This document shows, in pieces, positions 37,935 to 47,634 of a stretch of 64,000 nucleotides of DNA. Within the stretch, counting starts at the first letter, position 1. Each line of letters opens with the position of its first letter. The notes under the pieces were generated by a model. It saw nothing but the letters and a program-made list of their open reading frames with translations. It was not told the DNA's origin and did no database searches. This DNA is from Planctomycetales bacterium (lineage in GTDB: Bacteria > 4484-113), in the NCBI GenBank assembly GCA_037441675.1, contig JBBIRS010000002.1:71249-135248 (forward strand), in the 5' to 3' direction. The position numbers and the translations under genes were made by a program.

Positions 37935-39877
37935 TAGAATCGAGAACCGTGAAATACTCTCTTTTAGAAAGAGTAAATAGCCCCGAGGAGCTTAAAGAGT
38001 TAAAGCTTCAAGAGCTACCAATCCTCGCGGAAGAGGTGCGGAAGTTCTTGCTTGATAATATTCCAAAAACCGGAGGGCACCTTTCGTCCAACTTGGGAAG
38101 CGTTGAATTTACTATAGCTCTACACTACGTCTTTGACTCTCCAAAAGATAAGATAATCTGGGATACGGGACATCAGGCTTACACTCATAAGTTACTTACA
38201 GGAAGAAGAGAAAAATTTCCTCAGCTAAGGCAGTTGGGTGGGCTCTCGGGTTTTCTGAAGCGAGAAGAAAGTATTCACGACATATACGGGGCGGGACATG
38301 CTTCCACCTCAATTGCTTGCGCCCTTGGCTTCAATAATGCTGATGATACAAATTGGACAATTGCTGTTATTGGTGACAGCGCTCTGACGGGAGGACTGGC
38401 GTTAACCGCATTGAACAATGCCTGCCTAGCTAAAAGGCGATTTATGGTTGTCCTTAATGATAACGGAATGGGGATCGATAAAAACGTGGGCACGATTGCA
38501 AGGTACCTTTCCACGATAAAGAGTAAACCGCCAGCAAGAAAACTGAACGCACTGCTTCGGAAAACTATTTCTCGCCTTCCTTTTGGAGAACCTACTTTTA
38601 GGAATATCTACAATCACATTAAGGACTACTTTTTCTACTTTTTTATGCCCGGAACAAAAGGAGCCATATTTGAGGAGCTCGGTTTCTCTTATTTTGGACC
38701 TTTTAATGGTCATGACGTTATAGGGCTCGTGAAACTTTTGAATGCTCTGAAAAAGATTGAGGACGAACCTATATTTTTACATGTTATAACTAAGAAAGGA
38801 AAAGGCTTCGCTCCCTCCGAAAAAAGCCCGACTAAATGGCACGGTGTTTCCGCAGGAACGATTCTGGTGGAGGAAGAAGGTGAAATCATAAAGCAATCTC
38901 AGGAAAAGAAAGCTACGAAAACTTTTACTGAGGTTCTAGCGGATACACTTGTTGAACTAGCTGCTGTTAATCAAAACATCGTTGCGATTACAGCCGCCAT
39001 GCCAACAGGAACTGGCCTTTCTAAATTTGCTGGGTTATTTCCAGATAGATTCTATGACGTTGGGATTTCAGAGGATTTTGCAGTTGTTTTAGCCTGTGGA
39101 TTAGCACTACAGGGTAAGAGACCAGTATGCGCGATTTATTCTACCTTTCTTCAGAGGGCTTTTGACCAACTCATTCACGATGTTGCCATACAGAATATTC
39201 CGGTTATTTTCGCGATAGACAGAGCGGGTATCGTAGGCGAGGATGGAGAAACTCATATGGGAATTTTTGATATTTCTTTCCTGCGAATGATACCTAACTT
39301 CACTATAATGGCGCCCAAGGACGAAAATGAACTAAGAAGTATGTTCTTCACTGCGGTAAGTAACTGCGATGGTCCTACTGCAATTAGATACCCAAAGGGT
39401 AAAGCGCTAGGCGTAGAAATAACGCCAAATCCCGATCCTATCCCCATAGGTTCATGGGATACTTTAAGGAGAGGGACAGACGTTGCAATTCTTGCAGTCG
39501 GTCCACTTAACTATGAAGCCTTAAGGGCGGCGGACATACTTGAGCGCTCTGGTATTAGCACTAGCGTAATTAACGCTAGATTTATTAAGCCAATGGATGA
39601 GAAACTTCTTCGGTACATTATCGCTAATTACCCACTTGTGGTGACATTGGAGGAGCATGTTGTGTCGGGAGGCTTTGGCGCTGGTGTTCTAGAGAATTGC
39701 GTGAGGGAAAAAGTTGAACCATTACCCCGCTTTGAACTTATCGGCCTGCCTGACAAGTTCATTGAGCAAGGTGACCAAGTGTCACTTAGGAAAAAGTATG
39801 GTCTTACCGCTGAGAGTATTTCATCTTTAATTCTTGAACGCCTGAAGTATAAAGAGAAGGATTTCAAGGTTGTATGA
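37931..39877 (+). CDS. dxs: 1-deoxy-D-xylulose-5-phosphate synthase
   Basis: GGHLSSNLG, WDTGHQAY, IGDSALTGG...NDN, YSTFLQRAFDQ, DRAGIVGEDGETH. Confidence 0.98.
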   Translation: MIESRTVKYSLLERVNSPEELKELKLQELPILAEEVRKFLLDNIPKTGGHLSSNLGSVEFTIALHYVFDSPKDKIIWDTGHQAYTHKLLTGRREKFPQLRQLGGLSGFLKREESIHDIYGAGHASTSIACALGFNNADDTNWTIAVIGDSALTGGLALTALNNACLAKRRFMVVLNDNGMGIDKNVGTIARYLSTIKSKPPARKLNALLRKTISRLPFGEPTFRNIYNHIKDYFFYFFMPGTKGAIFEELGFSYFGPFNGHDVIGLVKLLNALKKIEDEPIFLHVITKKGKGFAPSEKSPTKWHGVSAGTILVEEEGEIIKQSQEKKATKTFTEVLADTLVELAAVNQNIVAITAAMPTGTGLSKFAGLFPDRFYDVGISEDFAVVLACGLALQGKRPVCAIYSTFLQRAFDQLIHDVAIQNIPVIFAIDRAGIVGEDGETHMGIFDISFLRMIPNFTIMAPKDENELRSMFFTAVSNCDGPTAIRYPKGKALGVEITPNPDPIPIGSWDTLRRGTDVAILAVGPLNYEALRAADILERSGISTSVINARFIKPMDEKLLRYIIANYPLVVTLEEHVVSGGFGAGVLENCVREKVEPLPRFELIGLPDKFIEQGDQVSLRKKYGLTAESISSLILERLKYKEKDFKVV

Positions 39878-40622
39878 GAAGATACCAACCTGGACTTGGT
39901 TAGTAATTTTACTTGGTGTTTATCTCTTCCTTCAAATAGTATTTAACATACTCAAGACCTTCTGGGTTAAAGATGAAAGAAGAGCTCTGTTGATAGGTTT
40001 CATTTCATCAATAGTGTCATACCTTTGGCTAATCTCTGCAGTTCTTGTGATTACCCTCACATTGGGATATGAACTAAGGGCAGAGGTGCCTCAGTTTTAT
40101 CCGGATTTCCTCCTTATCATTATCGCATTCTTGATTTGTTTTGTAGTCAGCTTAGTTGATTTCTACGTTAGAATGGTGATTAGGCGAAAGCTAGGGCAGA
40201 CAGTTATGGTTGATGCCGAGGAGGGATACTTCCTTACGCCGACGAGCGTTGGCGCCTGGGAGCTAGCATTTTTCAACCTTGCAATATTAAAGCCATTCGC
40301 CTATGAGCTATTCGTTAGGGGTATCGCCCTTGTGGCGTTTCTAGAGCTTACTAACCAGTGGAACGTCTTTCTTTCCTACCTTTTCGCTCTTATCTTAACT
40401 AGTTTCGTTGAGTTTATGTTAAAACCTAGAGCTGATTCTTTCCTTCCCATTCTTATCATCTCAGCTATTTTAAGTATAGTTTTTCTGGCATCTTCCGGTG
40501 GCATCATCTCTACGATTATTGTGAGAGTCTCATCAAGCATCCTGTTATCCCTCTACTTTATGCATCTTGTATTTAAGTTAACAGCGGAAGGAAAAGATAC
40601 AGGGAAAGATGACAGGCAATGA
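39870..40622 (+). CDS. Multi-pass membrane protein, remote CPBP/Abi-like but lacking catalytic motifs
   Basis: About seven TM helices; PFAYELFVRG resembles PxxEExxFRG. Confidence 0.5.
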   Translation: MYEKIPTWTWLVILLGVYLFLQIVFNILKTFWVKDERRALLIGFISSIVSYLWLISAVLVITLTLGYELRAEVPQFYPDFLLIIIAFLICFVVSLVDFYVRMVIRRKLGQTVMVDAEEGYFLTPTSVGAWELAFFNLAILKPFAYELFVRGIALVAFLELTNQWNVFLSYLFALILTSFVEFMLKPRADSFLPILIISAILSIVFLASSGGIISTIIVRVSSSILLSLYFMHLVFKLTAEGKDTGKDDRQ

Positions 40623-41193
40623 TATCTTGGTTTGCGGTATTGATGAAGCTGGGAGAGGCGCATTAGCGGGTCCTGTGGTTGCTTGTGCACTAGTATTACC
40701 TAAGCACTTTTTTGATCCAAGGGTAAAAGATTCAAAGCAACTTACACCTGACGAACGTACAAATCTAGCAAAATTCATAAAAGGAATTGCGGTTGACCTT
40801 GCTCTTGGTCTAGCTTCCTCCAAAGAGATTGAAAGATTAAACATTTTATTGGCTAGCCTATTGGCAATGAGACGTGCCTATAACAAGTTACGCGTTAAGC
40901 CTAAGGAGATAATCATTGATGGAACATTTTGCCCAGAAGGAATTCCTCACGGAATCTGCATCGCTAAAGCAGACAGCTTCATTCCCGTCGTAAGTGCTGC
41001 CTCTATAATAGCCAAGGTGGAACGGGATAAAATAATGACGAAACTGAGCAAGAAATTTCCTCAATACACATTTAACAAACACAAAGGCTATCCTACCAAG
41101 ATGCATTTATTTGAGCTCAAGGTTCATGGAGTTACGCCGATTCACCGCAAGACTTTCAAGCCTGTTAGCAAGACAATTCTGAGTGGAGAGTAA
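40609..41193 (+). CDS. rnhB: Ribonuclease HII
   Basis: GIDEAGRGALAGPVV, DSK, IDG, AASIIAKVERD, HKGYPT, HRKTF. Confidence 0.97.
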   Translation: MTGNDILVCGIDEAGRGALAGPVVACALVLPKHFFDPRVKDSKQLTPDERTNLAKFIKGIAVDLALGLASSKEIERLNILLASLLAMRRAYNKLRVKPKEIIIDGTFCPEGIPHGICIAKADSFIPVVSAASIIAKVERDKIMTKLSKKFPQYTFNKHKGYPTKMHLFELKVHGVTPIHRKTFKPVSKTILSGE

Positions 41194-42179
41194 TGGGAAC
41201 TGAAGCATTTCGTGATGCAGTTGTTCTAACCGTTTGTGGTGGGAATGGTGGTGATGGCGCGGTGCACTTTGCACGGTATAAGTACAAACCAAGAGGTGGA
41301 CCGGATGGCGGTGATGGGGGAAACGGAGGGGATGTTTATTTTAAGGGGGAGAACGCACTGGAATGCCTTGATTCGCTCTCGGAGGGGAAATGTTACAAAG
41401 CAGAAGATGGTGATAATGGTGGACCTGCAAAGAAGACCGGAAAACGTGGGAAGGATTTATTTATTTCAGTCCCAATTGGCACGCGGATTTACGATTATTC
41501 TAGCGGGTTGTTAATAGGGGAAGTTCTATCTGTTGATAATAGGTTGATTGTTGCCCGTGGAGGAATCGGCGGAACAGGAAACGCAAAACTTTCAACCGCA
41601 AGAACCCATACCCCAAGGTTTTCAAAACCGGGCACAAAAGGCGAAGAGCGTACATTACGACTCGTCTACCGGGCTTACGCTAGCGTGGCAATAGTTGAGG
41701 ATTTAGCATCAGATCTTTCTATTCTTAATTGTTTTCAGCCTGCCAGTGGAACAAGTCTTTACAGATTCTTTGAGAAGCCTAGAGTTTCTTTACTCACACT
41801 TAACTTTCATAAAACACGAACTGTTTATTTGCCTTTGAGCTTTAAGCTAAGCTCATTCAAAATAAGTTTTATAGAGCACATTTACTATGCCCAAAACTTA
41901 ATATTAAACGCCCTATTTAAGGAAGGGATGAAACGCATTGACGCTATATGGCCAGCCTTTATCGCAGAAATTCAAAAAATAAAGCATCCCTATTTGAAAA
42001 AAATTTTTGTTTTAGCAAGAGAGGACCCCGGTCTACCGTATGAAGTCAGTTATGTTGATCGTGAGAAAAAGAGCTTAATCTCTGTGGAAGTTCTAACGCT
42101 ACCTAAAGAAGCTCGCTCAGTTGATGCTTTTCAAAGTTGGATAAAAGATAAGTTGGCTGATACCCTTTTCCGAAATTGA
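41193..42179 (+). CDS. Obg-family protein with an intact Gly-rich Obg domain and a degenerate G domain (pseudo-GTPase)
   Basis: GGNGGDG...GGPDGGDGGNGGDV...VPIGT...GGIGGTGN; no GxxxxGKS, DxxG or NKxD. Confidence 0.8.
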   Translation: MGTEAFRDAVVLTVCGGNGGDGAVHFARYKYKPRGGPDGGDGGNGGDVYFKGENALECLDSLSEGKCYKAEDGDNGGPAKKTGKRGKDLFISVPIGTRIYDYSSGLLIGEVLSVDNRLIVARGGIGGTGNAKLSTARTHTPRFSKPGTKGEERTLRLVYRAYASVAIVEDLASDLSILNCFQPASGTSLYRFFEKPRVSLLTLNFHKTRTVYLPLSFKLSSFKISFIEHIYYAQNLILNALFKEGMKRIDAIWPAFIAEIQKIKHPYLKKIFVLAREDPGLPYEVSYVDREKKSLISVEVLTLPKEARSVDAFQSWIKDKLADTLFRN

Positions 42180-42253
42180 TGATTCGCTTGGAAATATAAC
42201 CTACTTTAATTTGAGTAGAATGTCCATTTATCTATCCATGAGAGCCCCTAAAA

Positions 42254-43318
42254 TTACCGAAATTTAGCGAGAATATCGTACTGACTTTCAGCAAAGTATG
42301 ATGAGCGAATTAGCGGTCCACTGGCAACTCCTAAAAAGCCAAGGTCTTTTGCAATTTCAGCTAGCTCATTAAACTCTTCAGGGGATGCATAACGCACAAC
42401 CTCGTGCTTGCTTCGGTCGTTTAGTGGTTTTAAGTATTGTCCTATGGTGATTAGGTCAACCCCTGCTTCCCTTAAATCCATCATAACCTCAACCACTTCA
42501 TCCAATGTCTCTCCTAGCCCAAGCATCAGCCCGCTTTTGATAATAATTCTTGGAGATACGCTTAAATCATCCTTCGCCAGTAAACTAAAGAACGAATTGG
42601 GAGCTTCAACATTCGCACCCGTTTTGGTGGAGCTTTCGGGAGAGTTAACGCCTCCCTTACCATTACCCTCATTTGAAGACGAATCTCGAGCCATCTCTAC
42701 TGCCACTTTGTCTCTCCTAAAATCTGGGAATGGATGTTTAACTGCGAAATTCTTAGCGCGAGCAAGTTGTAATAAAGACCACTCATAATGGGCGCCAATT
42801 CTGACTTCACGGTAGAGCCTGGGAATAGTCTCAACATTGTGGTTGTAAACCTCTGGAAAAGCATTCAGCACTTTTAATAAAGCCTGCTCATCGCCCTTGA
42901 AATCCGGGGTTAAAACCTCAATCGTGGGAACATCTTCAAGTTTTCTTAACTCATCAATGCATGCCACAAAATGACTTGCGCCTCCATCAGGCAGGTCATC
43001 CCTATTTACGCTTGTAATAACAACATGTTTAAGTTTAAGTTTCTGGACAGACTGGGCGAGCAAAAGTGGTTCGTGGGGGTTTAAGCTACCCGGGGCGCCT
43101 GTTGCCACACCACAAAAACTGCATTTTCTCGTGCAAACATCACCCATCACCATAAAAGTTGCTGTTCCTCTACCCCAACATTCACCAATGTTAGGGCAGT
43201 TAGCTTCCTCACAAACAGTGTTGAGCCCTAAAAGGGCGGACAGCATTGTTTCCCGCACCCTAGGGTTTAGAGCCTTTACTCTTATCCAATTCGGACGTTT
43301 TTTAGGGTTTTCTATCAC
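42254..43318 (-). CDS. lipA: Lipoyl synthase with an internal insertion of about 60 aa
   Basis: CEEANCPNIGEC, CTRKCSFC, NHNVET, KSGLMLGLGE, RSSY. Confidence 0.96.
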   Translation of the reverse strand: MIENPKKRPNWIRVKALNPRVRETMLSALLGLNTVCEEANCPNIGECWGRGTATFMVMGDVCTRKCSFCGVATGAPGSLNPHEPLLLAQSVQKLKLKHVVITSVNRDDLPDGGASHFVACIDELRKLEDVPTIEVLTPDFKGDEQALLKVLNAFPEVYNHNVETIPRLYREVRIGAHYEWSLLQLARAKNFAVKHPFPDFRRDKVAVEMARDSSSNEGNGKGGVNSPESSTKTGANVEAPNSFFSLLAKDDLSVSPRIIIKSGLMLGLGETLDEVVEVMMDLREAGVDLITIGQYLKPLNDRSKHEVVRYASPEEFNELAEIAKDLGFLGVASGPLIRSSYFAESQYDILAKFR

Positions 43319-43462
43319 GTTTTTATCGCTAAATACGAGCCGATGTAAATTCGTCAGATTAAGTCGCCATTAATTATTTAGGATTAATTACCCGGCGTCT
43401 CATCAATTATGGTTGAATTTATTAACCTTAAAGCATTAGCCCAAAAAAACGATGGCGAGAGG

Positions 43463-44068
43463 CTAATCATCTCTTTTTAACTCACGACGGAATTTTATTG
43501 CTTCAGCTAACGTCACCTCATCCGCAAAATCAAGGTCAGCACCGGTTGGAAGACCGCGAGCGGGGCGCGTAAACTTTATGTTGAGAGACTTAAACTCCTC
43601 TGCTATCAGTGCGGAGGATGCCTCTCCCTCGAACGAAAAATCAAAACCCAGTAACACTTCTTTCACCTTGCCCTTCATAAGCCTTTCTCTAAGTTCTGCG
43701 CCACGAAGAGTATTCAAAAGTTTTCCTTTCAACGGATCAATGAGTCCACCAAGAACAAAGTACAGTCCACGGTACTCTCCCGTAGCTTCCAAAGGATAAA
43801 TGTCTAAAGGATTTTCCACTACACAAAGTTGTTTTGTATCTCTAGTTTTATCGGAACAAATAGAGCATAGCCCCCCGGAACTAAAACCGAAGCATTGGGG
43901 ACACTTCGCCACAGCATCCTTCAACCCAGCAATCTCCTGTCCTAGCCTTTCAAGGAATTCATCATCCTGCTCAAGCAAGTAAAGAGCAATCCTTTCCGCA
44001 GATCGAGGACCTAATCCCGGAAGAGCGCTAAGATCGCTTATCAGCCTTTTTAATCCATCGGGAAGCAT
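43463..44068 (-). CDS. recR: Recombination mediator RecR
   Basis: LPGLGPRSAERI HhH, CPQC..CSIC, CVVE Toprim, ARGLPTG. Confidence 0.95.
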   Translation of the reverse strand: MLPDGLKRLISDLSALPGLGPRSAERIALYLLEQDDEFLERLGQEIAGLKDAVAKCPQCFGFSSGGLCSICSDKTRDTKQLCVVENPLDIYPLEATGEYRGLYFVLGGLIDPLKGKLLNTLRGAELRERLMKGKVKEVLLGFDFSFEGEASSALIAEEFKSLNIKFTRPARGLPTGADLDFADEVTLAEAIKFRRELKRDD

Positions 44069-44176
44069 CTTTTTAGGATTATTTTAGTTCTAAAGCAAAA
44101 TAGCAAAATGGGAAAAATAGGAATTGAGATTACCATGTAATCCAATTCGCAAACGAAAGGGTAATATGAAATTCAT

Positions 44177-44695
44177 TTATATTTCCTTTTCCCATTCAGC
44201 AAGCTCAACTTCACCTTCCGCCTCAATTGGGGCTGAGAGCATATCTTTCTTCTCAGTGCTTACTTCTGCCTCGCCCTTTAGTGCAGAATCTAGGGCATGC
44301 CATGCACACACGGCACATTTAACTCTAGCATGTAGTTTCTTAACTCCCTCCAATGCAATCAGCTCTCCAAGAACCTTAATGTCTGGCTGATAATCTTTTT
44401 CAAGCAACATCTCCCTGAAACTATCCTTAAGCTTTAGGGCTTCCTGGCAAGTCTTTCCCTTTATCATCTGAGTCATAATACTTGCGGAAGCTTGACTTAT
44501 CGCGCAACCATTCCCTGCAAATTTAACATCTACTATTTTTTCATCTTCTACTTTTAGCCATAAGAAGACCTTATCCCCACAAAGAGGATTATCACATCTG
44601 CTCATATGCGTTGCGTCATCAAGCTCGCCCTTATTGCGAGGTTTTCTGTAGTGGTCTAGGATAACCTGAGTATATATATCACGTAGTAGAGACAT
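44177..44695 (-). CDS. sufU: SUF-system sulfur-transfer protein SufU
   Basis: ILDHYRKPRN, NPLCGD, GCAISQAS, RVKCA. Confidence 0.93.
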   Translation of the reverse strand: MSLLRDIYTQVILDHYRKPRNKGELDDATHMSRCDNPLCGDKVFLWLKVEDEKIVDVKFAGNGCAISQASASIMTQMIKGKTCQEALKLKDSFREMLLEKDYQPDIKVLGELIALEGVKKLHARVKCAVCAWHALDSALKGEAEVSTEKKDMLSAPIEAEGEVELAEWEKEI

Positions 44696-45947
44696 AACCG
44701 AAAACTCTACGCGCCACCATCAAGGCATCTATCAGGGCATCTATTTCGTACTCTTGATTGTAGAGGTAAAAGCTAACCCGCACAGAAGAGGAAATACCAA
44801 GATAATCGTGAAGGGGCTCAGCGCAATGATGTCCCGCTCTTACCGCCACACCCTCTCTGTCAAGAATTGTTGAAATATCGTGTGGATGAATACCCTCAAT
44901 GGAAAAGCTAATGATACCACCACGCTTATCCGGAGGTGGGCCATAAATCCTTAGCCCTGGAACTGTCTTCAATCTCTCAAAACAGTAGTGAAGAAGCTCT
45001 TGCTCCCTTCGGTGAAGTTTTTCCATAGAAAACGCCCGTAAGTAATCAATGGCAGCTGATAGTCCTATCGCCCCACCTATGTTAGGAGTACCACCCTCAA
45101 ACTTTTGTGCCGGTTCTGCCCAGGTGCTCTCATAGAGCCCAACAGACCTAATCATTGACCCACCAAAGTTAAACGGAGGCATTTCATCAAGGTGCTTTGC
45201 CTTTCCATATAACACACCTATTCCAGTTGGACCAAGCATTTTGTAACCGCTGAAAGCATAAAAGTCCACATCCAAGCCCTTTACATCAACACCAAGGTGA
45301 GCAGCCCCTTGAGCGCCATCAACAACTACAATTGCACCGTTATCATGGCCTAATTTAACCACTTCCTCCAATGGAACTATCGTTCCAATAACATTGCTCA
45401 TATGGGTAATGGTGATAAGCTTCACCCTTCCGCTTTTTAGCTTCTTTTCTATATCCTCCAAATCAACCAAACCATCATTAGTTAGATAAATGTATACAAG
45501 TTTGGCTCCAACCTCTTTTGCAATTTGCTGCCACGGCACTAGGTTTGAGTGATGTTCCATAATGGATAGAAGCACTTCATCCCTTGGAGCTAAAAACTTT
45601 CTCGCCCACGTATAGGCAATAAGGTTTATGCTCTCCGTGGAGTTTTTAGTGAATATTACATTTGAAGGATGAGGCGCATTTATAAAAGATGCAACATTCT
45701 TCCGCGCATTCTCATACGCATCTGTGGCTTCCTCGCTCAAGTAATGGATTCCCCGATGAACATTAGCATTAAAGTTGTAGTAGAACTTCACCATCGCCTC
45801 TACTACCTGCTTTGGCATTTGAGTCATAGCTGCATTATCAAGATAAACCAGTGGCTTCCCGTAAACTTGCCTTTGCAAAAGCGGGCAGTCTTCAGCTACT
45901 AATTTGAACTCCCTCGGTATGAACTTGTAATTTGAACCCTTATTCAT
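44679..45947 (-). CDS. sufS: Cysteine desulfurase SufS
   Basis: YLDNAA, NVHRG, EHHSN, DGAQ, RAGHHCA. Confidence 0.96.
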   Translation of the reverse strand: MNKGSNYKFIPREFKLVAEDCPLLQRQVYGKPLVYLDNAAMTQMPKQVVEAMVKFYYNFNANVHRGIHYLSEEATDAYENARKNVASFINAPHPSNVIFTKNSTESINLIAYTWARKFLAPRDEVLLSIMEHHSNLVPWQQIAKEVGAKLVYIYLTNDGLVDLEDIEKKLKSGRVKLITITHMSNVIGTIVPLEEVVKLGHDNGAIVVVDGAQGAAHLGVDVKGLDVDFYAFSGYKMLGPTGIGVLYGKAKHLDEMPPFNFGGSMIRSVGLYESTWAEPAQKFEGGTPNIGGAIGLSAAIDYLRAFSMEKLHRREQELLHYCFERLKTVPGLRIYGPPPDKRGGIISFSIEGIHPHDISTILDREGVAVRAGHHCAEPLHDYLGISSSVRVSFYLYNQEYEIDALIDALMVARRVFGYVSTT

Positions 45948-45990
45948 TTATTTGACGCCTCAATAATCTAACCAGTGAATTTTACGCTTC

Positions 45991-46302
45991 CTAATCAATT
46001 ATTACAAAAATGTTTCCGTTTCGGATAATAGTGCGGTAAGTTTTTACTGGGAATATCGCGGGTAGGCAGAGGTTTTTACCGTTCCTAATGTCAAACTTTG
46101 CTCCATGGGCGGAGCACTGAATCACATATTCCTCGACCATTGAACCAAAAGAAAGTGGAACCTCCATATGCGAACATACATCCTCAAGCGCGAAAACTTC
46201 ATCTCCCCTCCGAACTAACACTAACGCCAAGCCATTGCCTTCCCAGCCTTTTATCTTTCCATCCTCAAACTCTTCTAGAGCACCAATTTCAATTTCAGAC
46301 AT
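45991..46302 (-). CDS. Rieske-type [2Fe-2S] ferredoxin
   Basis: CSH...CSAH Rieske ligands; lies within the suf operon. Confidence 0.92.
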   Translation of the reverse strand: MSEIEIGALEEFEDGKIKGWEGNGLALVLVRRGDEVFALEDVCSHMEVPLSFGSMVEEYVIQCSAHGAKFDIRNGKNLCLPAIFPVKTYRTIIRNGNIFVIID

Positions 46303-47609
46303 CAGCTAATTCCTCCACGCACCTTATCCTCTAGGACTCTCTCCGCATAATCCCTAATGCTTTCAACCGTAATTTTACTAGTCATCTCCTCTAGGAAGCT
46401 AGAAACAAGCAAATGCTTTGCCACACTTTCACGTAATCCGCGCGAACGAAGATAAAATACTTCATTTGGTAGGACGTACTTGACCGTAGCTCCATGGGTG
46501 CAACGCACATCATCGGTGTTAATCTCAAGCCGAGGGATTGAATTTACCTTCGCATCTTTTGAAAGTATCAAATTATGGTTCTCCTGGTAAGCATCCGTTC
46601 CGGGGGCGCCAGGAGGCACGTAAATGAGACCATCAAAAACCCCTTTGGACTGATGGGTGAAAACCTGCTTGAAACGCAGGCGTGTAGTTGCCCTCGCCGA
46701 TGCATGCTTCTGTAAAGTATGAATCGCAAAGTGCTGGTTACCACTTCCAAGGGTTAGTCCGAAAAGCTGAGCGGTTGCGCCCTTCCCCAAAACCTCAGCA
46801 TTGAGCTCATTTCTAACTACTCTACCTCCAAAATTTATCACGTTGATAATTAGTGATGCATCCTGATACACGCGACCCCGAAGGCGCCATAAAATACTCG
46901 ATGTTTCATCTGCCATCTGAAATACCGTCAGTTTCATATGGGCATTTGGCAACACGTCAACCGTTACCCATCCGAAGTAGTATGCATCATCACTTCCACC
47001 ATCTATCCAGAAAATACAATCAGATTCAGAGCCCTCCTCCAGTTGAAGAAAGCTTCTGCCAACCTTAACCTGACCTGCTGGAATCGGAGAATGTATGCCA
47101 ACTGGAGAAGATACCTTTATGTTTTTTGAGGCCTTGAAAACAACTCCATCAGTGAAAAGGGAATTGATCAAGTGATCAAACTTATCTTTTGGACGGGGAT
47201 CAGAAAATATGCTTTCCGCAAAGGCATCTTCTGTGGAAATAGCGTCACAAATGAGCCTTAAATCAATTCCTTTCGGCATATTAGCGACAGAGTGATCTTC
47301 CTTGCAGCTACACATTAAGTCAGAAATTACAGGAATTGAACTTGTTAGAATTGATGGTATTAGCACCGACTCATTGGCATCATAGATAGTGTGAAGTTTG
47401 TTTCTCATAGCATCGCTGAGGAAGAGCTCACCTGGGGTGAATCGCCAAGCTTCATCCATCATTGAAGGAATAGAACTAGCCTTATACCTTTCCCAAGCTT
47501 CACGCCTAAGCTGAAGAATCCCCATTGATTCACCAAGTCCAGTTGTGACAAGCTGACCGTTAGTTTCAATTGCACCAAGTTCAAGTTTTGGAACTTTATC
47601 TGTTTTCAC
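46302..47609 (-). CDS. sufD: Fe-S assembly protein SufD (probable start GTG 47609)
   Basis: PRLEINTDDVRCTHGAT, FYLRSRG; GGAG SD after the sufB stop. Confidence 0.9.
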   Translation of the reverse strand: MKTDKVPKLELGAIETNGQLVTTGLGESMGILQLRREAWERYKASSIPSMMDEAWRFTPGELFLSDAMRNKLHTIYDANESVLIPSILTSSIPVISDLMCSCKEDHSVANMPKGIDLRLICDAISTEDAFAESIFSDPRPKDKFDHLINSLFTDGVVFKASKNIKVSSPVGIHSPIPAGQVKVGRSFLQLEEGSESDCIFWIDGGSDDAYYFGWVTVDVLPNAHMKLTVFQMADETSSILWRLRGRVYQDASLIINVINFGGRVVRNELNAEVLGKGATAQLFGLTLGSGNQHFAIHTLQKHASARATTRLRFKQVFTHQSKGVFDGLIYVPPGAPGTDAYQENHNLILSKDAKVNSIPRLEINTDDVRCTHGATVKYVLPNEVFYLRSRGLRESVAKHLLVSSFLEEMTSKITVESIRDYAERVLEDKVRGGIS

Positions 47610-47634
47610 CAAGTCCACTCCACCAAGTAGGTTA

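Noticed and set aside
42553..42745. Intein in lipA; recA and sufB were also checked
   Set aside because: No Cys/Ser start with His-Asn end; recA and sufB are normal length.
45235..45260. SufS PLP motif reads SGYK rather than SGHK
   Set aside because: Single substitution; the catalytic Lys and Cys motifs are intact.
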